Shown piece after piece: positions 9,055 to 20,534 of a stretch of 64,000 nucleotides of DNA (position 1 is its first letter; the number at the start of each line of letters is the position of its first letter). The notes beneath the pieces were generated by a model. The model ran no database searches. It was given only the letters and a program-made list of their open reading frames with translations, and was not told where the DNA came from. The position numbers and the translations under genes are program-made. Source of the DNA: Candidatus Azophilus sp. (GTDB lineage Bacteria > Pseudomonadota > Gammaproteobacteria > Pseudomonadales > Azotimanducaceae); the NCBI GenBank assembly GCA_965247035.1, contig CBDFGJ010000003.1, positions 1,252,840 to 1,316,839 on the forward strand, read 5' to 3'.

Positions 9055-9366
9055 GTGGCCGATCAGCGCATCCGCATTCGTCTGAAGGCGTTTGACCACA
9101 AGTTGATTGACGTATCGGCCCAGGAGATTGTCGACACGGTGAAGCGCACTGGAGCCCAAGTTCGGGGTCCCATCCCCTTGCCGACGCGCAAGGAGCGGTT
9201 CACGGTGCTGATATCCCCGCATGTCAACAAGGATGCGCGTGACCAGTACGAAATTCGAACCCACATACGTCTTCTGGATATTGTTCAACCCAGCGAGAAG
9301 ACCGTGGATGCACTGATGAAGCTGGATCTCGCAGCCGGGGTTGAAGTACAAATCAGTTTGAATTGA
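9055..9366 (+). CDS. rpsJ: 30S ribosomal protein S10
   Basis: [69 protein letters not shown]... The start was moved from the track start (9016) to in-frame GTG 9055, which has GGAG 8 nt upstream and gives the canonical ~103 aa. Confidence 0.97.
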   Translation: MADQRIRIRLKAFDHKLIDVSAQEIVDTVKRTGAQVRGPIPLPTRKERFTVLISPHVNKDARDQYEIRTHIRLLDIVQPSEKTVDALMKLDLAAGVEVQISLN

Positions 9367-9587
9367 GAGCAGCGCCGCGTCTGCCAAGGCTGGCGTTTTT
9401 TGCGCACCGCAAGCCTAATGAGGTGTTTCAAGGTTGCTCCCTTGGTGTGCGCTGAATAAGGCCCCGGTTGGGGCCAATGAATGCAGGCGTGTTCCGCTTC
9501 GACCGTAGTTGAAGCGGAAACGGCATCTGCTACGCGCATTTTTTGCGCCAAAGGTTAGGGCAAAGGTCGAAAGGTAAGGATCGAAGA

Positions 9588-10244
9588 ATGGCCATTGGCT
9601 TGGTTGGCAGAAAGAGCGGCATGACTCGCGTATTCACCGACGCGGGCGCTTCCGTGGCCGTCACCGTGGTTGAGGTGGAACCGAATCGCGTCATCCAAAT
9701 CAAGACGGTGGATATCGATGGCTACGACGCCATACAGGTCACCACCGGGGCAGGCCGTCAAGACCGCGTCACCCGGCCATTGGCTGGGCATTTCGCCAAG
9801 GCCGGAGCCGGTCTCGGCCGCGGCCTATGGGAGTTTCGGGCCGAAGCCGTTGATGAATCGCTGCGCCCCGGGGCGGAATTCAGCGTCGAGTTGTTCAAAG
9901 CTGGACAGAAAGTGGATGTCAGCGGCCTGTCCAAGGGCAAGGGTTTCGCCGGCGTCATCAAGAGATGGGGCTTTCGCGGCCAGGACAATAGCCACGGCAA
10001 CTCGATTTCCCATCGGGCACCGGGCTCCATCGGCCAGTGCCAAACCCCGGGACGGGTGTTCAAGGGCAAGAAAATGTCCGGGCATCTCGGCAACGTCCGG
10101 GTCACCACACAGAACTTAGAGGTGGTTAGGGTGGATCAGGAGCGCAACCTGCTGCTGATCAAGGGGTCAATTCCCGGCCCGGCCGGCGCTGACGTGCAAG
10201 TTCGTCCCGCGCTCAAGGCAAAAGCCACAGGGACAGCCGCATGA
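9588..10244 (+). CDS. rplC: 50S ribosomal protein L3
   Basis: [18 protein letters not shown]... and ...[33 protein letters not shown]. Trimmed to ATG 9588 within track ORF 9543..10244. Confidence 0.97.
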   Translation: MAIGLVGRKSGMTRVFTDAGASVAVTVVEVEPNRVIQIKTVDIDGYDAIQVTTGAGRQDRVTRPLAGHFAKAGAGLGRGLWEFRAEAVDESLRPGAEFSVELFKAGQKVDVSGLSKGKGFAGVIKRWGFRGQDNSHGNSISHRAPGSIGQCQTPGRVFKGKKMSGHLGNVRVTTQNLEVVRVDQERNLLLIKGSIPGPAGADVQVRPALKAKATGTAA

Positions 10245-10329
10245 AGCCGGCTGCTCAAACAAACGGCTGTGCGTTGCCCGCGGCGATGTTTTTCGCCCGT
10301 GGCGAAGCCCGCAGTTCGTGGGTGGGTGC

Positions 10330-10929
10330 ATGAATATCGCTCTGCATGCAGGCGGCGGCCTTGAATTGTCGGCCGCTGTCTTTGATCGCAGCTTCAACGA
10401 AGCCTTAGTGCATCAGGTGGTCACAGCCTACTTGGCCGGCGGCCGCAGTGGTTCGCGGGCGCAGAAATCGCGTTCGGAACAGCGTGGCGGCGGCCGCAAG
10501 CCCTGGCGACAGAAAGGCACCGGGCGGGCCCGGGTCGGCTCCATCCGCAATCCCATTTGGGGGGGCTTCCCGGCCTTTGCGGCCAAGCCGCAAGACCATT
10601 TGCAAAAAGTCAATCGAAAGATGTACCGCGGCGCATTGAGCTGTATTTTGTCTGAACTCATACGCCAAGAGCGGGTTGTCGCCCTGAGCGATTTCCCGGT
10701 CAACACACCAAAAACCCAGTCCTTGCTCAAGAGGCTTGAATCCTTGGGGCTCGCCAACGTGCTCATAGTCGCTGATGGCGTACCGGAGAACCTGCTGTTC
10801 GCGACGCGCAATCTCAAGCATGTGGAGGTCGTTGAGGCCGGTGCTTTGAATCCGGTCAGCCTCATTAGCTTTGACAAGGTGCTCTTGACCGCCAGCGCCC
10901 TGAAGAAAATTGAGCAGGCCCTGACGTGA
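10330..10929 (+). CDS. rplD: 50S ribosomal protein L4
   Basis: [51 protein letters not shown] 10330 is preferred over the GTG at 10318. Confidence 0.96.
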   Translation: MNIALHAGGGLELSAAVFDRSFNEALVHQVVTAYLAGGRSGSRAQKSRSEQRGGGRKPWRQKGTGRARVGSIRNPIWGGFPAFAAKPQDHLQKVNRKMYRGALSCILSELIRQERVVALSDFPVNTPKTQSLLKRLESLGLANVLIVADGVPENLLFATRNLKHVEVVEAGALNPVSLISFDKVLLTASALKKIEQALT

Positions 10930-11222
10930 ACGAGGAGCGCCTATACGCCGTGCTGCGTTCGCCGCACATTTCGGAGAAGGCCTCCAGCCTCGGCGACAGC
11001 AGCAATCAGTACGCCTTCAAGGTGGATGTCAACGCCACCAAGGGGGAAATCAAGCAAGCAGTTGAGCAGCTCTTTGGCGTCAATGTGGTGAATGTCACCA
11101 CATTGAACGTTCGTGGCAAGGTCAAACGCAACCGTTACCGCGCCACGCGCCGAAGAAACTGGAAGAAAGCTTATGTCCGCATCGCTGCGGATGAGGAGCT
11201 CGACTACATGGTGACGGAGTAG
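10926..11222 (+). CDS. rplW: 50S ribosomal protein L23
   Basis: [11 protein letters not shown]...[27 protein letters not shown]. The GTG start overlaps the rplD stop, and the operon position fits. Confidence 0.95.
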   Translation: MNEERLYAVLRSPHISEKASSLGDSSNQYAFKVDVNATKGEIKQAVEQLFGVNVVNVTTLNVRGKVKRNRYRATRRRNWKKAYVRIAADEELDYMVTE

Positions 11223-11226
11223 AACC

Positions 11227-12066
11227 ATGGCGGTGGTCAAGGCTAAGCCAACTTCCCCCGGGCGCCGCTTTGTCGTTCGCGTGGTCAATGCGGACCTGCA
11301 CAAGGGCGCGTCCCACAAGGCCCTGCTAAAGGGGCTGAGCAAGAGCGGCGGGCGCAACAACCACGGCCGCATCACCACCCGCCATCGAGGCGGGGGCCAC
11401 AAGCGCCACTATCGGGTCATCGATTTCAAACGCACCAAGGACGGCGTGCCAGCCAAGGTGGAACGGCTGGAGTACGACCCCAACCGCACCGCCAACATCG
11501 CACTGCTCAAGTATGCGGATGGCGAACGGCGCTACATCATTGCGCCGACTGGCCTGCGCACGGGCGATCCCGTGATGAGCGGGGCTAGCGCCCCGATCCG
11601 TTCCGGCAACGCCATGCTGTTGCGCAACATCCCGGTTGGTAGCGTCATCCATTGCGTTGAGCTGAAGCCGGGCAAGGGCGCTCAGATCGCGCGCAGCGCC
11701 GGCGCTGCGGTTCAACTAGTGGCGCGGGAAGGTGCCTACGCCACGTTGCGCCTGCAATCCGGTGAAATGCGCCGGGTGTTGGCGGAGTGCCGGGCGACCT
11801 TGGGTGAGGTTGGCAACAGCGAGCACAGCTTGCGCTCCCTCGGCAAAGCCGGTGCCAAGCGCTGGCGCGGGGTGCGTCCGACGGTGCGGGGCGTGGCCAT
11901 GAATCCAGTGGACCATCCCCACGGCGGCGGCGAAGGCAAAACCTCCGGCGGCCGCCACCCGGTATCGCCTTGGGGCGTACCGACCAAAGGCCACAAGACG
12001 CGCAAGAACAGACGCACGGACAAGCTGATCGTGCGTCGGCGGGCCTCCCGTCAGACTAGGAGATAA
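11227..12066 (+). CDS. rplB: 50S ribosomal protein L2
   Basis: [15 protein letters not shown]... and ...[30 protein letters not shown]. Confidence 0.98.
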   Translation: MAVVKAKPTSPGRRFVVRVVNADLHKGASHKALLKGLSKSGGRNNHGRITTRHRGGGHKRHYRVIDFKRTKDGVPAKVERLEYDPNRTANIALLKYADGERRYIIAPTGLRTGDPVMSGASAPIRSGNAMLLRNIPVGSVIHCVELKPGKGAQIARSAGAAVQLVAREGAYATLRLQSGEMRRVLAECRATLGEVGNSEHSLRSLGKAGAKRWRGVRPTVRGVAMNPVDHPHGGGEGKTSGGRHPVSPWGVPTKGHKTRKNRRTDKLIVRRRASRQTRR

Positions 12067-12069
12067 GCC

Positions 12070-12345
12070 GTGCCGAGATCTTTGCGCAAGGGGCCGTTTG
12101 TCGATTTGCACCTGATGAAGAAGGTGGATGAGGCCGTGCGCAGCGGCAGCAAACGGCCAATCAAGACCTGGTCGCGCCGTTCCATGGTCCTGCCGGACAT
12201 GGTGGGGCTGACCATCGCCGTCCATAACGGTCGCCAGCATGTGCCGGTTTACATCAGTGAAGAGATGGTCGGCCATAAATTGGGTGAGTTTGCGCCAACG
12301 CGCACGTATCGCGGCCATGCGGCGGACCGCACAGCGCGGCGCTAG
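12070..12345 (+). CDS. rpsS: 30S ribosomal protein S19
   Basis: [19 protein letters not shown]...[39 protein letters not shown] start. Confidence 0.97.
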   Translation: MPRSLRKGPFVDLHLMKKVDEAVRSGSKRPIKTWSRRSMVLPDMVGLTIAVHNGRQHVPVYISEEMVGHKLGEFAPTRTYRGHAADRTARR

Positions 12346-12416
12346 GGCAAGGAGCTGGATATGGCAAGTCAACTGAACAAAGCCTTGGCCCAAGGCGGTT
12401 TCAAGGAGCAAGCGCC

Positions 12417-12749
12417 ATGCGGGTGAGCGCCACCGCCAAACGCCTTGCCATCTCGCCGCAAAAAGCGCGATTGGTGGCTGGCCAGGTGCGCGGCCAACGT
12501 TTGGGTGCGGCGATGGATGTGCTCAACTTCAGCACCGCCAAGGCTGCTTTCTTGGTGAGCAAGGTGTTGGATTCCGCCATCGCCAATGCGGAGAACAATG
12601 AAGGTGCGGATGTTGACGAACTCTGGGTGGCGGAAATTCAGGTGAACGAGGGCAGGACCTTGAAGCGAATCAAACCCCGCGCCAAGGGCCGGGCGAACCG
12701 CATCTTAAAGCGCACCAGCCATGTGACCGTGACGTTGTCGGACGAGTAG
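12417..12749 (+). CDS. rplV: 50S ribosomal protein L22
   Basis: [14 protein letters not shown]...[20 protein letters not shown]...[23 protein letters not shown]. Confidence 0.97.
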   Translation: MRVSATAKRLAISPQKARLVAGQVRGQRLGAAMDVLNFSTAKAAFLVSKVLDSAIANAENNEGADVDELWVAEIQVNEGRTLKRIKPRAKGRANRILKRTSHVTVTLSDE

Positions 12750-12753
12750 GGCA

Positions 12754-13404
12754 ATGGGACAGAAAGTACATCCAATCGGCATGCGTCTGGGCATTGTCAA
12801 GGAGCATACGTCCATCTGGTATGCCGAGAAGGCGCTCTATTCGGAGTACCTGTTGAAGGATCTTGAGGTGCGCGAGTACCTGCGCAAACGGCTCGCCAAC
12901 GCTTCGGTTAGCGGCATTGAAATCAAGCGCTCCGCGCAGACAGCCCGCATCACCATCCACACCGCCCGCCCCGGCATCGTGATCGGTAAGAAGGGCGAGG
13001 ATGTGGAGAAGCTGCGTCTGGAATTGACCCGCCTCATGGGCTTGCAGTTCGTGCAGGTCATCATTGAGGAAATCCGCAAGCCGGAGCTCGACGCCCTGTT
13101 GGCGGCGCAGAACGTGGCGCAGCAGTTGGAGAAGCGGGTGCAGGTTCGCCGCGCCATGCGCCGCGTCATCCAAAACGCCATGCGTCTTGGCGCGGAAGGC
13201 ATCAAAGTGCGGGTGGCAGGTCGCTTGGGCGGCGCGGAAATTGCCCGTTCGGAGGTTTATCACGAAGGGCGGGTTCCCTTGCACACCCTGCGAGCGGACA
13301 TCGACTATGCAAGCTGGAATGCGAAGACCACCTATGGCGTGCTGGGCATCAAGGTTTGGATATTCAAGGGCGAGATCATGGCTGCGTCGCCGGCTGAAGC
13401 TTAG
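12754..13404 (+). CDS. rpsC: 30S ribosomal protein S3
   Basis: [24 protein letters not shown]... and ...[19 protein letters not shown]...[12 protein letters not shown]. Confidence 0.98.
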   Translation: MGQKVHPIGMRLGIVKEHTSIWYAEKALYSEYLLKDLEVREYLRKRLANASVSGIEIKRSAQTARITIHTARPGIVIGKKGEDVEKLRLELTRLMGLQFVQVIIEEIRKPELDALLAAQNVAQQLEKRVQVRRAMRRVIQNAMRLGAEGIKVRVAGRLGGAEIARSEVYHEGRVPLHTLRADIDYASWNAKTTYGVLGIKVWIFKGEIMAASPAEA

Positions 13405-13458
13405 GCGTGCGGCTGGCATCCACCGGCGGGCGTTGGACGGCTTGAGGCGTTAAGGACA

Positions 13459-13875
13459 ATGCAACAACCAAAAAGAACGAAATACAGGAAACAGCACAAG
13501 GGCCGCAACCGGGGCCTTGCCAGTTGCGGCAATCTGGTCAGCTTTGGCGAGTTCGGCCTAAAGGCGGTTGGCCGTGGCAGGTTGACGGCGCGGCAAATCG
13601 AAGCCGGACGTCGAGCCATGACGCGCCACATCCGTCGCGGCGGCAAGATATGGATTCGGGTTTTCCCGGACAAGCCCGTTACCAAGAAGCCCTTGGAAGT
13701 GCGCCAAGGCAAGGGCAAGGGCAGTGTTGAGTATTGGGTTGCCTTGGTGCAACCCGGGCGCGTTCTCTATGAGATGGAGGGTGTCTCGGAGGAGGTGGCG
13801 CGGCGCGCCTTCGAGTTGGCGGGTGCCAAGTTGCCCTTCGCCACCAGTTTTGTGAAACGGATGGTCGCCGCTTAG
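13459..13875 (+). CDS. rplP: 50S ribosomal protein L16
   Basis: [19 protein letters not shown]...[43 protein letters not shown]. Confidence 0.98.
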   Translation: MQQPKRTKYRKQHKGRNRGLASCGNLVSFGEFGLKAVGRGRLTARQIEAGRRAMTRHIRRGGKIWIRVFPDKPVTKKPLEVRQGKGKGSVEYWVALVQPGRVLYEMEGVSEEVARRAFELAGAKLPFATSFVKRMVAA

Positions 13876-13902
13876 GGCGATCGGTTTGAAGGTGATTTGA
13901 AG

Positions 13903-14109
13903 GTGAAAGCGTCGGAACTTAGAAACATGATGCCGGATGAACTGAGAAAGCATCTGATGCAGTTGCTTAAGGAGTGTTTCAACCTGCGCATGCAGTTTGC
14001 CAGCGGCCAACTTGGCCAATCGCATCTGCTGCGGGAAACCAGGCGCGAGATCGCTCGGGTGAAGACTTTGATGCGGGAGAAGGCAAATGGCGGCAGCAGC
14101 AACCCGTAA
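13903..14109 (+). CDS. rpmC: 50S ribosomal protein L29
   Basis: [60 protein letters not shown] 13903 is preferred over TTG 13897 because GAAGG lies upstream and the N-terminus then aligns with the canonical MKAKELR. Confidence 0.93.
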   Translation: MKASELRNMMPDELRKHLMQLLKECFNLRMQFASGQLGQSHLLRETRREIARVKTLMREKANGGSSNP

Positions 14110-14353
14110 GCGTCGGGTGTCCGGGGTGGTCACCAGCGACGGCATGGACAAGACCATCACCGTCTTAGTGGAGAGAAAGGTGCAGCACCCGGTGTACAAA
14201 AAGGTCATTCGCCGCTCCACCAAGCTGTACGCTCATGATGCAAGGAATCAGGGCCGGGTTGGTGATCTCGTCACTATTGAGGAGTGCCGGCCCATCTCGA
14301 AAACCAAGGCTTGGTTGCTCAAAAGCATCGATGAGGGAGCGGCGGCGGATTGA
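14087..14353 (+). CDS. rpsQ: 30S ribosomal protein S17
   Basis: [64 protein letters not shown]. Overlaps the rpmC 3' end by 23 nt. Confidence 0.95.
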   Translation: MAAAATRKRRVSGVVTSDGMDKTITVLVERKVQHPVYKKVIRRSTKLYAHDARNQGRVGDLVTIEECRPISKTKAWLLKSIDEGAAAD

Positions 14354-14366
14354 TGGTTGAGCGCAT

Positions 14367-14735
14367 ATGATTCAGACGGAAACCATGTTGGCCATTGCCG
14401 ACAACAGCGGCGCACGGCGAGTGCAGTGCATCAAGGTGCTTGGCGGCTCCCATCGGCGCTACGCCGGCATTGGCGATGTCATCAAAGTTGCGGTGAAGGA
14501 GGCCATTCCCCGCGGTCGTGTGCGTAAGGGCCAGGTGATGAACGCCGTGGTCGTGCGCACGAGAAAGGGCGTTCGGCGCCCCGATGGCTCGTTGATTCGG
14601 TTCGACGAAAACGCGGCTGTGTTGCTGAACCAACAAAACCAACCTCTGGGCACGAGGGTTTTCGGTCCGGTCACGCGGGAGCTTCGGCGCGAGCAGTTCA
14701 TGCGTATCGTCTCCTTAGCGCCCGAGGTGCTCTAG
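14367..14735 (+). CDS. rplN: 50S ribosomal protein L14
   Basis: [50 protein letters not shown]. Confidence 0.98.
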   Translation: MIQTETMLAIADNSGARRVQCIKVLGGSHRRYAGIGDVIKVAVKEAIPRGRVRKGQVMNAVVVRTRKGVRRPDGSLIRFDENAAVLLNQQNQPLGTRVFGPVTRELRREQFMRIVSLAPEVL

Positions 14736-14767
14736 GGGAATTGCGGCCTGTGCAGTGGGTTTTGAAG

Positions 14768-15085
14768 ATGTTGAAGATCAAGAAAAACGACGAGGTCATC
14801 GTCATCGCTGGCCGGGACAAGGGCAAGCGGGGCGAAGTGCTTAGCGTGCGCAGCGACGGGCGCCTGGTGGTGTCTGGCGCGCAGGTGCTGAAGAAGCATC
14901 AGCGGGCCAACCCTAGCCTTGGCCAGAAGGGGGGGATCGTGGAGCGGGAAGGGCCGATTCAAGCCTCCAACGTGGCCATCTGGAATGAGGAGGCGGAGTG
15001 CGCCGACCGGGTGGGCTTCCGCGTTGGCGAAAATGGCGAGAAGGTGCGCTACTTCAAGTCAACCGGCAAGAGCATTGAGGATTAG
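14768..15085 (+). CDS. rplX: 50S ribosomal protein L24
   Basis: [27 protein letters not shown]. Trimmed to ATG 14768 inside track ORF 14741..15085. Confidence 0.95.
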   Translation: MLKIKKNDEVIVIAGRDKGKRGEVLSVRSDGRLVVSGAQVLKKHQRANPSLGQKGGIVEREGPIQASNVAIWNEEAECADRVGFRVGENGEKVRYFKSTGKSIED

Positions 15086-15095
15086 AGAGCGCGCT

Positions 15096-15644
15096 ATGGC
15101 CAGTCTCCATCAACGCTACTTGACTGAAATCCGCCCGGCGCTGAAGGAGGCGCTCGGCTGCGGCAGCATCATGCAGGTGCCAAGGCTTGAGAAGATCACG
15201 CTGAATATGGGCGTGGGCGAGGCTGTCAACGACCGTAAGATCATGGGCAGCGCGGTTGCCGACCTGACTGCGATCTCGGGCCAGAAGCCCATCGTCACCA
15301 AGGCAAGAAAGTCGGAGGCGGGCTTCAAGATTCGTGAGGGCTATCCAGTTGGCTGCAAGGTCACCCTACGGCGGCTGCGCATGTATGAATTCGTGGAGCG
15401 TTTGGTGGGCGTGGCCATACCGCGCATGCGGGATTTTCGGGGCCTGAACCCCAAGTCGTTCGATGGGCGCGGCAACTTCTCAATGGGCATTGCGGAGCAG
15501 ATTGTGTTTGCGGAAATCGATTACGACAAGATCGACAAGCTTCGTGGCCTCGACATCACCATTACCACAACGGCCAATACTGATGAGCAAGGCTTGGCCC
15601 TGCTGCGGGGGCTCAATTTCCCCTTCCGCGGCCAAGCAGCCTGA
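15096..15644 (+). CDS. rplE: 50S ribosomal protein L5
   Basis: [21 protein letters not shown]...[15 protein letters not shown]...[33 protein letters not shown]. Trimmed to ATG 15096 inside track ORF 14919..15644. Confidence 0.97.
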   Translation: MASLHQRYLTEIRPALKEALGCGSIMQVPRLEKITLNMGVGEAVNDRKIMGSAVADLTAISGQKPIVTKARKSEAGFKIREGYPVGCKVTLRRLRMYEFVERLVGVAIPRMRDFRGLNPKSFDGRGNFSMGIAEQIVFAEIDYDKIDKLRGLDITITTTANTDEQGLALLRGLNFPFRGQAA

Positions 15645-15685
15645 AGGTTTGGCGTTAGCAAAGGAATTATAGGCGGGAACGGAAT

Positions 15686-15991
15686 ATGGCCAAGACATCG
15701 ATGATTGAGCGGGAAAAGAAGCGGGCCAGGATTGTCGCCAAATATCAGGCGCGACGGGCTGAACTCAAGGCTCTTGTCAACAACCGCCACCTGTCGGACG
15801 ATGAACGCTGGCAGGCGCAGCTTAAGCTGCAGAAGCTGCCGCGCAACGCCTCGCCCGTGCGGCGCCGCAGCCGTTGCGCCGAGACCGGCCGGTCGCGGGC
15901 CGTTTACCGGAAGTTCGGCCTAGGCCGCAGCAAGCTGCGCGAGGCGGCGATGCGCGGCGATGTGCCCGGCCTGGTCAAGGCCAGTTGGTAG
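15686..15991 (+). CDS. rpsN: 30S ribosomal protein S14
   Basis: [28 protein letters not shown]...[39 protein letters not shown]. Confidence 0.97.
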   Translation: MAKTSMIEREKKRARIVAKYQARRAELKALVNNRHLSDDERWQAQLKLQKLPRNASPVRRRSRCAETGRSRAVYRKFGLGRSKLREAAMRGDVPGLVKASW

Positions 15992-16000
15992 GCCGCCGCG

Positions 16001-16396
16001 ATGACCATGCAGGACCCCATCGCCGACCTCCTCACCCGGGTGCGTAATGCCCAAACGGCCCGCCATGTGGATGTGAGCGCACCCCTCTCCAAAGTGAAGG
16101 TGGCCATTTGCAAGGTGCTTGAGCAGGAAGGCTACATCGACCGCTACGCCGTTGTTGGCGAGGGCGATAGGCGTTGCCTGCAAGTGCAGTTGAAATACCA
16201 CGAAGGCGTTCCCGTCATTGAGGAGGTCGCCCGCGTCAGCCGACCGGGGCTGCGCATATACAAAGGTGCCTCGGAGTTGCCTAAGGTGCGCGGTGGCCTC
16301 GGAGTAGCCATCGTCAGCACCAACAAGGGCGTGATGACCGACCGTCGGGCGCGGCAGTTGCGCATCGGCGGAGAAGTTCTTTGCACCGTTTTTTAG
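16001..16396 (+). CDS. rpsH: 30S ribosomal protein S8
   Basis: [20 protein letters not shown]...[40 protein letters not shown]. Confidence 0.98.
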   Translation: MTMQDPIADLLTRVRNAQTARHVDVSAPLSKVKVAICKVLEQEGYIDRYAVVGEGDRRCLQVQLKYHEGVPVIEEVARVSRPGLRIYKGASELPKVRGGLGVAIVSTNKGVMTDRRARQLRIGGEVLCTVF

Positions 16397-16416
16397 CAAG
16401 GTGGGCAGCGTAGGCT

Positions 16417-16950
16417 ATGTCTCGCATAGGGGATAGTCCGGTGGCGGTGCCGGATGGCGTTGAAGTCGCCGTCGATAGCCAGGATGTGCGCGTGTCCGGG
16501 CCCAAGGGTGCTCTGTCCATGCGCGTCCATCAAGACGTTGAAGTGATGCGGGAGGACGGGCTGGTGCGGTTTAAGGCCCGCTCCGGCGGGAAGAATGTGA
16601 AGGCCCTGGTGGGCACTGCCCGTTCCTTGGTGAGCAACATGGTGCGGGGCGTCAGCGTTGGCTTTGAAAAGAAGCTGGAACTGCAAGGCGTTGGTTATCG
16701 GGCCACCGCCAAGGGCTCGATGCTGCGGTTGCAGCTAGGCTTTTCCCACCCAATTGAATACCAGCTTCCGGCCGGGGTGGCGGCGGCAACGCCCAGCCAG
16801 ACCGAGATCGTTCTTTCCGGCGTTGACAAGCAACTTGTTGGTCAAGTGGGTGCGGAGATTCGCGGCTTCCGGCCACCGGAGCCCTATAAGGGCAAGGGCG
16901 TGCGCTACGCCGGTGAGCTTGTGCGGCGGAAGGATGCCAAGAAGAAGTAG
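16417..16950 (+). CDS. rplF: 50S ribosomal protein L6
   Basis: MSRIGDSPVAVPDGVEV...LELQGVGYRA...GFSHPIEYQLPAGV...PEPYKGKGVRY. Confidence 0.97.
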   Translation: MSRIGDSPVAVPDGVEVAVDSQDVRVSGPKGALSMRVHQDVEVMREDGLVRFKARSGGKNVKALVGTARSLVSNMVRGVSVGFEKKLELQGVGYRATAKGSMLRLQLGFSHPIEYQLPAGVAAATPSQTEIVLSGVDKQLVGQVGAEIRGFRPPEPYKGKGVRYAGELVRRKDAKKK

Positions 16951-16986
16951 GCCGTGGTGGCCGGCGCCAATTTGGATGACGAACGG

Positions 16987-17337
16987 ATGAGCAACAAAAA
17001 GCAAGCCAGATTGCGACGCGCCCGCCGAGGGCGCATGAAGATGCGCGAATTGGGGGTTTGCCGGCTAACCGTCAACCGGACACCTCGGCACATCTACGCC
17101 CAGGTGATCTCGGCCAATGGCGGCGGCGTTCTCGCTCAGGCATCCACCTTGGACAAGTCCTTGCGCACGGGCTCAACCGGCAACCTTGAGGCCGCCGCCA
17201 AGGTGGGTGCATTGATTGCCGAGCGTAGCAAGAGCGCCGGCGTGAAGAAGGTCGCTTTTGATCGATCTGGGTACAAGTTTCATGGGCGGGTTCGGGCGCT
17301 GGCTGAAGCCGCCCGCAATGGCGGATTGGAGTTCTAG
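16987..17337 (+). CDS. rplR: 50S ribosomal protein L18
   Basis: [40 protein letters not shown]...[28 protein letters not shown]. Trimmed to ATG 16987. Confidence 0.96.
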   Translation: MSNKKQARLRRARRGRMKMRELGVCRLTVNRTPRHIYAQVISANGGGVLAQASTLDKSLRTGSTGNLEAAAKVGALIAERSKSAGVKKVAFDRSGYKFHGRVRALAEAARNGGLEF

Positions 17338-17338
17338 G

Positions 17339-17842
17339 ATGGCCTACACCGAAAGGATACGTGAAGAAGGGCTGCTGGAGAAGACGGTCAGAATCAACCG
17401 CGTGGCCAAGGCGGTCAAGGGCGGGCGGCTGTTCGGCTTCACCGCCTTGACCGTGGTGGGCGATGGCAAGGGCAAGGTGGGATTCGGACGCGGCAAGGCG
17501 CGGGAGGTGCCGGTGGCGATTCAGAAGGCCATGGAGTCGGCCCGGCGCAACATGGTTGAGGTGGAACTGAACGGAACCACCCTTTGGTATGCGGTGACCG
17601 AGCGCCACGGCGCCTCCAAGATCTACATGCAGCCAGCCTCGGACGGCACCGGCATTATCGCCGGCGGCGCCATGCGCGCTGTTCTTGAGGCGGTCGGCGT
17701 GCAAAACGTGTTGACCAAGTGCTACGGCTCCACCAACCCAGACAACGTGGTGCGGGCAACCTTCAATGCGTTGCGGAACATACGCTCGCCAGCGGCGGTT
17801 GCGAAAAAGCGCGGCAAAACGGTTGAGGAGATCAGCGCCTAA
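17339..17842 (+). CDS. rpsE: 30S ribosomal protein S5
   Basis: [53 protein letters not shown]. Trimmed to ATG 17339, 1 nt after the rplR stop. Confidence 0.97.
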   Translation: MAYTERIREEGLLEKTVRINRVAKAVKGGRLFGFTALTVVGDGKGKVGFGRGKAREVPVAIQKAMESARRNMVEVELNGTTLWYAVTERHGASKIYMQPASDGTGIIAGGAMRAVLEAVGVQNVLTKCYGSTNPDNVVRATFNALRNIRSPAAVAKKRGKTVEEISA

Positions 17843-17900
17843 CCACGATGGTGTTGGCGGCGCCGGCGGCGGTGAATGAGTGGTGAGTGGAACAACGGTG

Positions 17901-18128
17901 ATGGCTGAACAGAAAGCGGCAAGCAAGCAAGCAGCGGCGGCGCAGCCGAAGGCGATGTTGCGCGTGACCCTAGCCAAGAGCGTGGTCGGTCGGCTCAAGC
18001 GGCATCAGGCTTGCGTGGCTGGGCTGGGCCTGCGCCGCATCGGCCACACCGTGCAGGTGGAGGATACCCCGGCGGTGCGAGGCATGATCAATCGGGTCAG
18101 CTATCTAGTACGCATTGTTGAGGAGTGA
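17901..18128 (+). CDS. rpmD: 50S ribosomal protein L30 (start uncertain: 17901 or 17955)
   Basis: [57 protein letters not shown] is the canonical L30 core. Upstream in-frame ATG 17901 would add an 18-aa Ala/Lys/Gln-rich extension. Confidence 0.9.
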   Translation: MAEQKAASKQAAAAQPKAMLRVTLAKSVVGRLKRHQACVAGLGLRRIGHTVQVEDTPAVRGMINRVSYLVRIVEE

Positions 18129-18589
18129 TGAGAGTGCGTTTGAACCAACTGCATCCGGCCAAGGGCAGCAAGCGGGCGAGACGGCGTGTGGGCCGCGGCG
18201 CCGGCTCGGGTTGGGGCAAGACTTCCGGACGCGGGCAGAAGGGGCAGAACTCGCGCTCCGGCGGCGGCGTACGGCCAGGCTTTGAAGGAGGGCAGTTGCC
18301 GTTGCAACTGCGGGTGCCCAAATTCGGCTTCCGTTCCCGCGTTGGCGCGACGACAGCTGAGGTTCGGCTAGGGGAATTGGCTAAGGTCGAGGGCGACCTC
18401 GTGGATTTGGACAGCCTGAAGGCAGCGAAGCTGGTTTCCCGCCGCATGAAGCGGGTGCGCATCGTGCTTTCCGGTTCGATAGAGCGGGCGCTGACGGTGC
18501 GCCGGGCAACGGAGAGCGGGGTCAGCATTCATGTGACCAGAGGGGCCGCACTGGCCATAGAAGCAGCAGGAGGTCAGATCGAGAGTTGA
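18128..18589 (+). CDS. rplO: 50S ribosomal protein L15
   Basis: [62 protein letters not shown] 18128 overlaps the rpmD stop (ATGA-type overlap). Confidence 0.96.
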   Translation: MRVRLNQLHPAKGSKRARRRVGRGAGSGWGKTSGRGQKGQNSRSGGGVRPGFEGGQLPLQLRVPKFGFRSRVGATTAEVRLGELAKVEGDLVDLDSLKAAKLVSRRMKRVRIVLSGSIERALTVRRATESGVSIHVTRGAALAIEAAGGQIES

Positions 18590-18653
18590 GATGCGACGGG
18601 GTTGGTCGATCCAAGACCAGCTCAGTTGAAGGGCAACTGATCGGAATCGAAAC

Positions 18654-19976
18654 ATGGTGGCGAATCAAGGACAACTCGGCGGCGTTCAGGGGGGGCTTGC
18701 GGAATTACGCAACCGGCTGCTGTTCGTGCTCGTCGCCTTGTTGGTCTATCGCATCGGCACCCACATTCCCTTGCCCGGCATCAACCCGGAGCGGCTGCGC
18801 ACGCTGTTCGAGCAAAACCAAGGCGGCATCCTGGAGTTGTTCAACATGTTCTCCGGCGGCGCCTTGGAGCGGATGAGCATTCTGGCCTTGAACGTGGTGC
18901 CCTACATCACTGCCAGCATCATTATGAACCTGATGAGCATGATGTATCCCTCCCTTCAGCAACTGCGCAAGGAGGGCGAATCGGGGCGGCGCAAGATCAC
19001 CCAATACACCCGCTACGGCACGCTGCTCATCGCGTTCGTGCAAGGGCTGTCACTGTCCGTCACCCTGGCCAACCAAGGCTTGGCCTTCTACACCGGATTT
19101 TCGTTCTACTTCGTGGCCACCACCACGCTCGTGACTGGCGCCCTGTTCATGATGTGGTTGGGGGAGCAGATCACCGAACGGGGCGTCGGCAACGGCATCT
19201 CGCTGATCATCTTCTCCGGCATCGTTTCCGGCTTTCCGTCTGCTATTGGGCAGTCCTTCGAAGCCGCCCGTCAGGGCGACATCAACATCATCGCCCTGCT
19301 TGCCATTGGCATGCTCGCCGTCTTGGTGGTCGGCTTTGTTGTCTTCGTGGAGCGGGGGCAGCGACGCATCACCGTCAATTACGCCAAGCGGCAGCAGGGG
19401 CGGCGCATGTACCAAGGCCAAGCCAGCCACCTGCCGCTCAAAATCAACATGGCGGGAGTGATTCCCGCCATTTTCGCTTCTAGCCTGTTGTTGGCGCCCG
19501 CGTCGGTGACGCAGTGGTTTGGCCAAAGCCCGGGCATGGGCTGGCTTCAGCAGGTGGCCTTGGTGCTTTCCCCTGGCCAGCCCCTTTACATTCTGATGTT
19601 TGCCGGCGGCATTATCTTCTTCAGCTTTTTCTACACCGCCATTCAGTTCGACCCCAAGGACATGGCGGACAATCTGAAGCGGCAGGGCGCTTATGTGCCG
19701 GGCATTCGCCCAGGCCAGCAGACGGCGCGCTACATAGACAATGTGGTCACTCGGCTGACCGTCTTTGGCTCGCTCTACGTCACCTTGGTGTGCCTGTTGC
19801 CGGAGTTCATGGTGTTGGCCTCCAACATCACCTTCCAGCTTGGCGGCACCGCCTTGCTGATTGTGGTGGTGGTGGCCATGGACTTCATGTCCCAGGTGCA
19901 GGCGCATCTGATGTCAAGCCAGTACGCGAAACTCATGGAGAAATCGAACCTGAAGGGAATTGGCCGCCGGCGATAG
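18654..19976 (+). CDS. secY: Preprotein translocase subunit SecY
   Basis: 440-aa polytopic membrane protein. Motifs are [50 protein letters not shown] and [11 protein letters not shown]. Positioned between rplO and rpmJ. Confidence 0.98.
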   Translation: MVANQGQLGGVQGGLAELRNRLLFVLVALLVYRIGTHIPLPGINPERLRTLFEQNQGGILELFNMFSGGALERMSILALNVVPYITASIIMNLMSMMYPSLQQLRKEGESGRRKITQYTRYGTLLIAFVQGLSLSVTLANQGLAFYTGFSFYFVATTTLVTGALFMMWLGEQITERGVGNGISLIIFSGIVSGFPSAIGQSFEAARQGDINIIALLAIGMLAVLVVGFVVFVERGQRRITVNYAKRQQGRRMYQGQASHLPLKINMAGVIPAIFASSLLLAPASVTQWFGQSPGMGWLQQVALVLSPGQPLYILMFAGGIIFFSFFYTAIQFDPKDMADNLKRQGAYVPGIRPGQQTARYIDNVVTRLTVFGSLYVTLVCLLPEFMVLASNITFQLGGTALLIVVVVAMDFMSQVQAHLMSSQYAKLMEKSNLKGIGRRR

Positions 19977-20005
19977 GTGGCGCTCGAAGGATCAAGGAGA
20001 CCGCA

Positions 20006-20122
20006 ATGAAAGTCAGAGCATCGGTTAAGAAAATGTGCCGCAATTGCAAGATTGTCCGGCGCAAAAAGGTGGTGCGGGTCATCTGCGGCGCCGAGCCTCG
20101 CCACAAGCAGCGCCAAGGTTGA
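20006..20122 (+). CDS. rpmJ: 50S ribosomal protein L36
   Basis: [38 protein letters not shown] (38 aa). AAGGAGA lies upstream. It is embedded in spurious track ORF 19514..20122. Confidence 0.96.
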   Translation: MKVRASVKKMCRNCKIVRRKKVVRVICGAEPRHKQRQG

Positions 20123-20155
20123 ATAAGGGATATTGAAGACTATGGAAGGAAGCAC

Positions 20156-20512
20156 ATGGCCCGCATAGCTGGCGTCAACATCCCCGACAACAAGCATGTC
20201 GGCGTCTCCCTCACCTACATATTCGGCATTGGGCTGAGCACGGCGCATCGCCTGTGCGCCGCCGCCGGCGTCTCCCCGGTGGTGCAGGTGCAGGATCTGT
20301 CCGGAGCGGATCACGACGCGCTGCGGGCCGAAGTGGCCAAGCTGCAGGTCGAAGGCGACCTTCGGCGCGAAGTGAACATGAACATCAAGCGCTTGATGGA
20401 CTTGGGCTGCTACCGAGGCATGCGCCATCGGCGCGGGCTGCCGGTGCGCGGGCAGCGCACAAGAACAAACGCCCGAACCCGCAAGGGTCCCCGGCGACTC
20501 ATCCGCAAGTAG
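20156..20512 (+). CDS. rpsM: 30S ribosomal protein S13
   Basis: [26 protein letters not shown]...[35 protein letters not shown]. Confidence 0.98.
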   Translation: MARIAGVNIPDNKHVGVSLTYIFGIGLSTAHRLCAAAGVSPVVQVQDLSGADHDALRAEVAKLQVEGDLRREVNMNIKRLMDLGCYRGMRHRRGLPVRGQRTRTNARTRKGPRRLIRK

Positions 20513-20534
20513 CAAGGAGCAGCAGTAAGCAACT

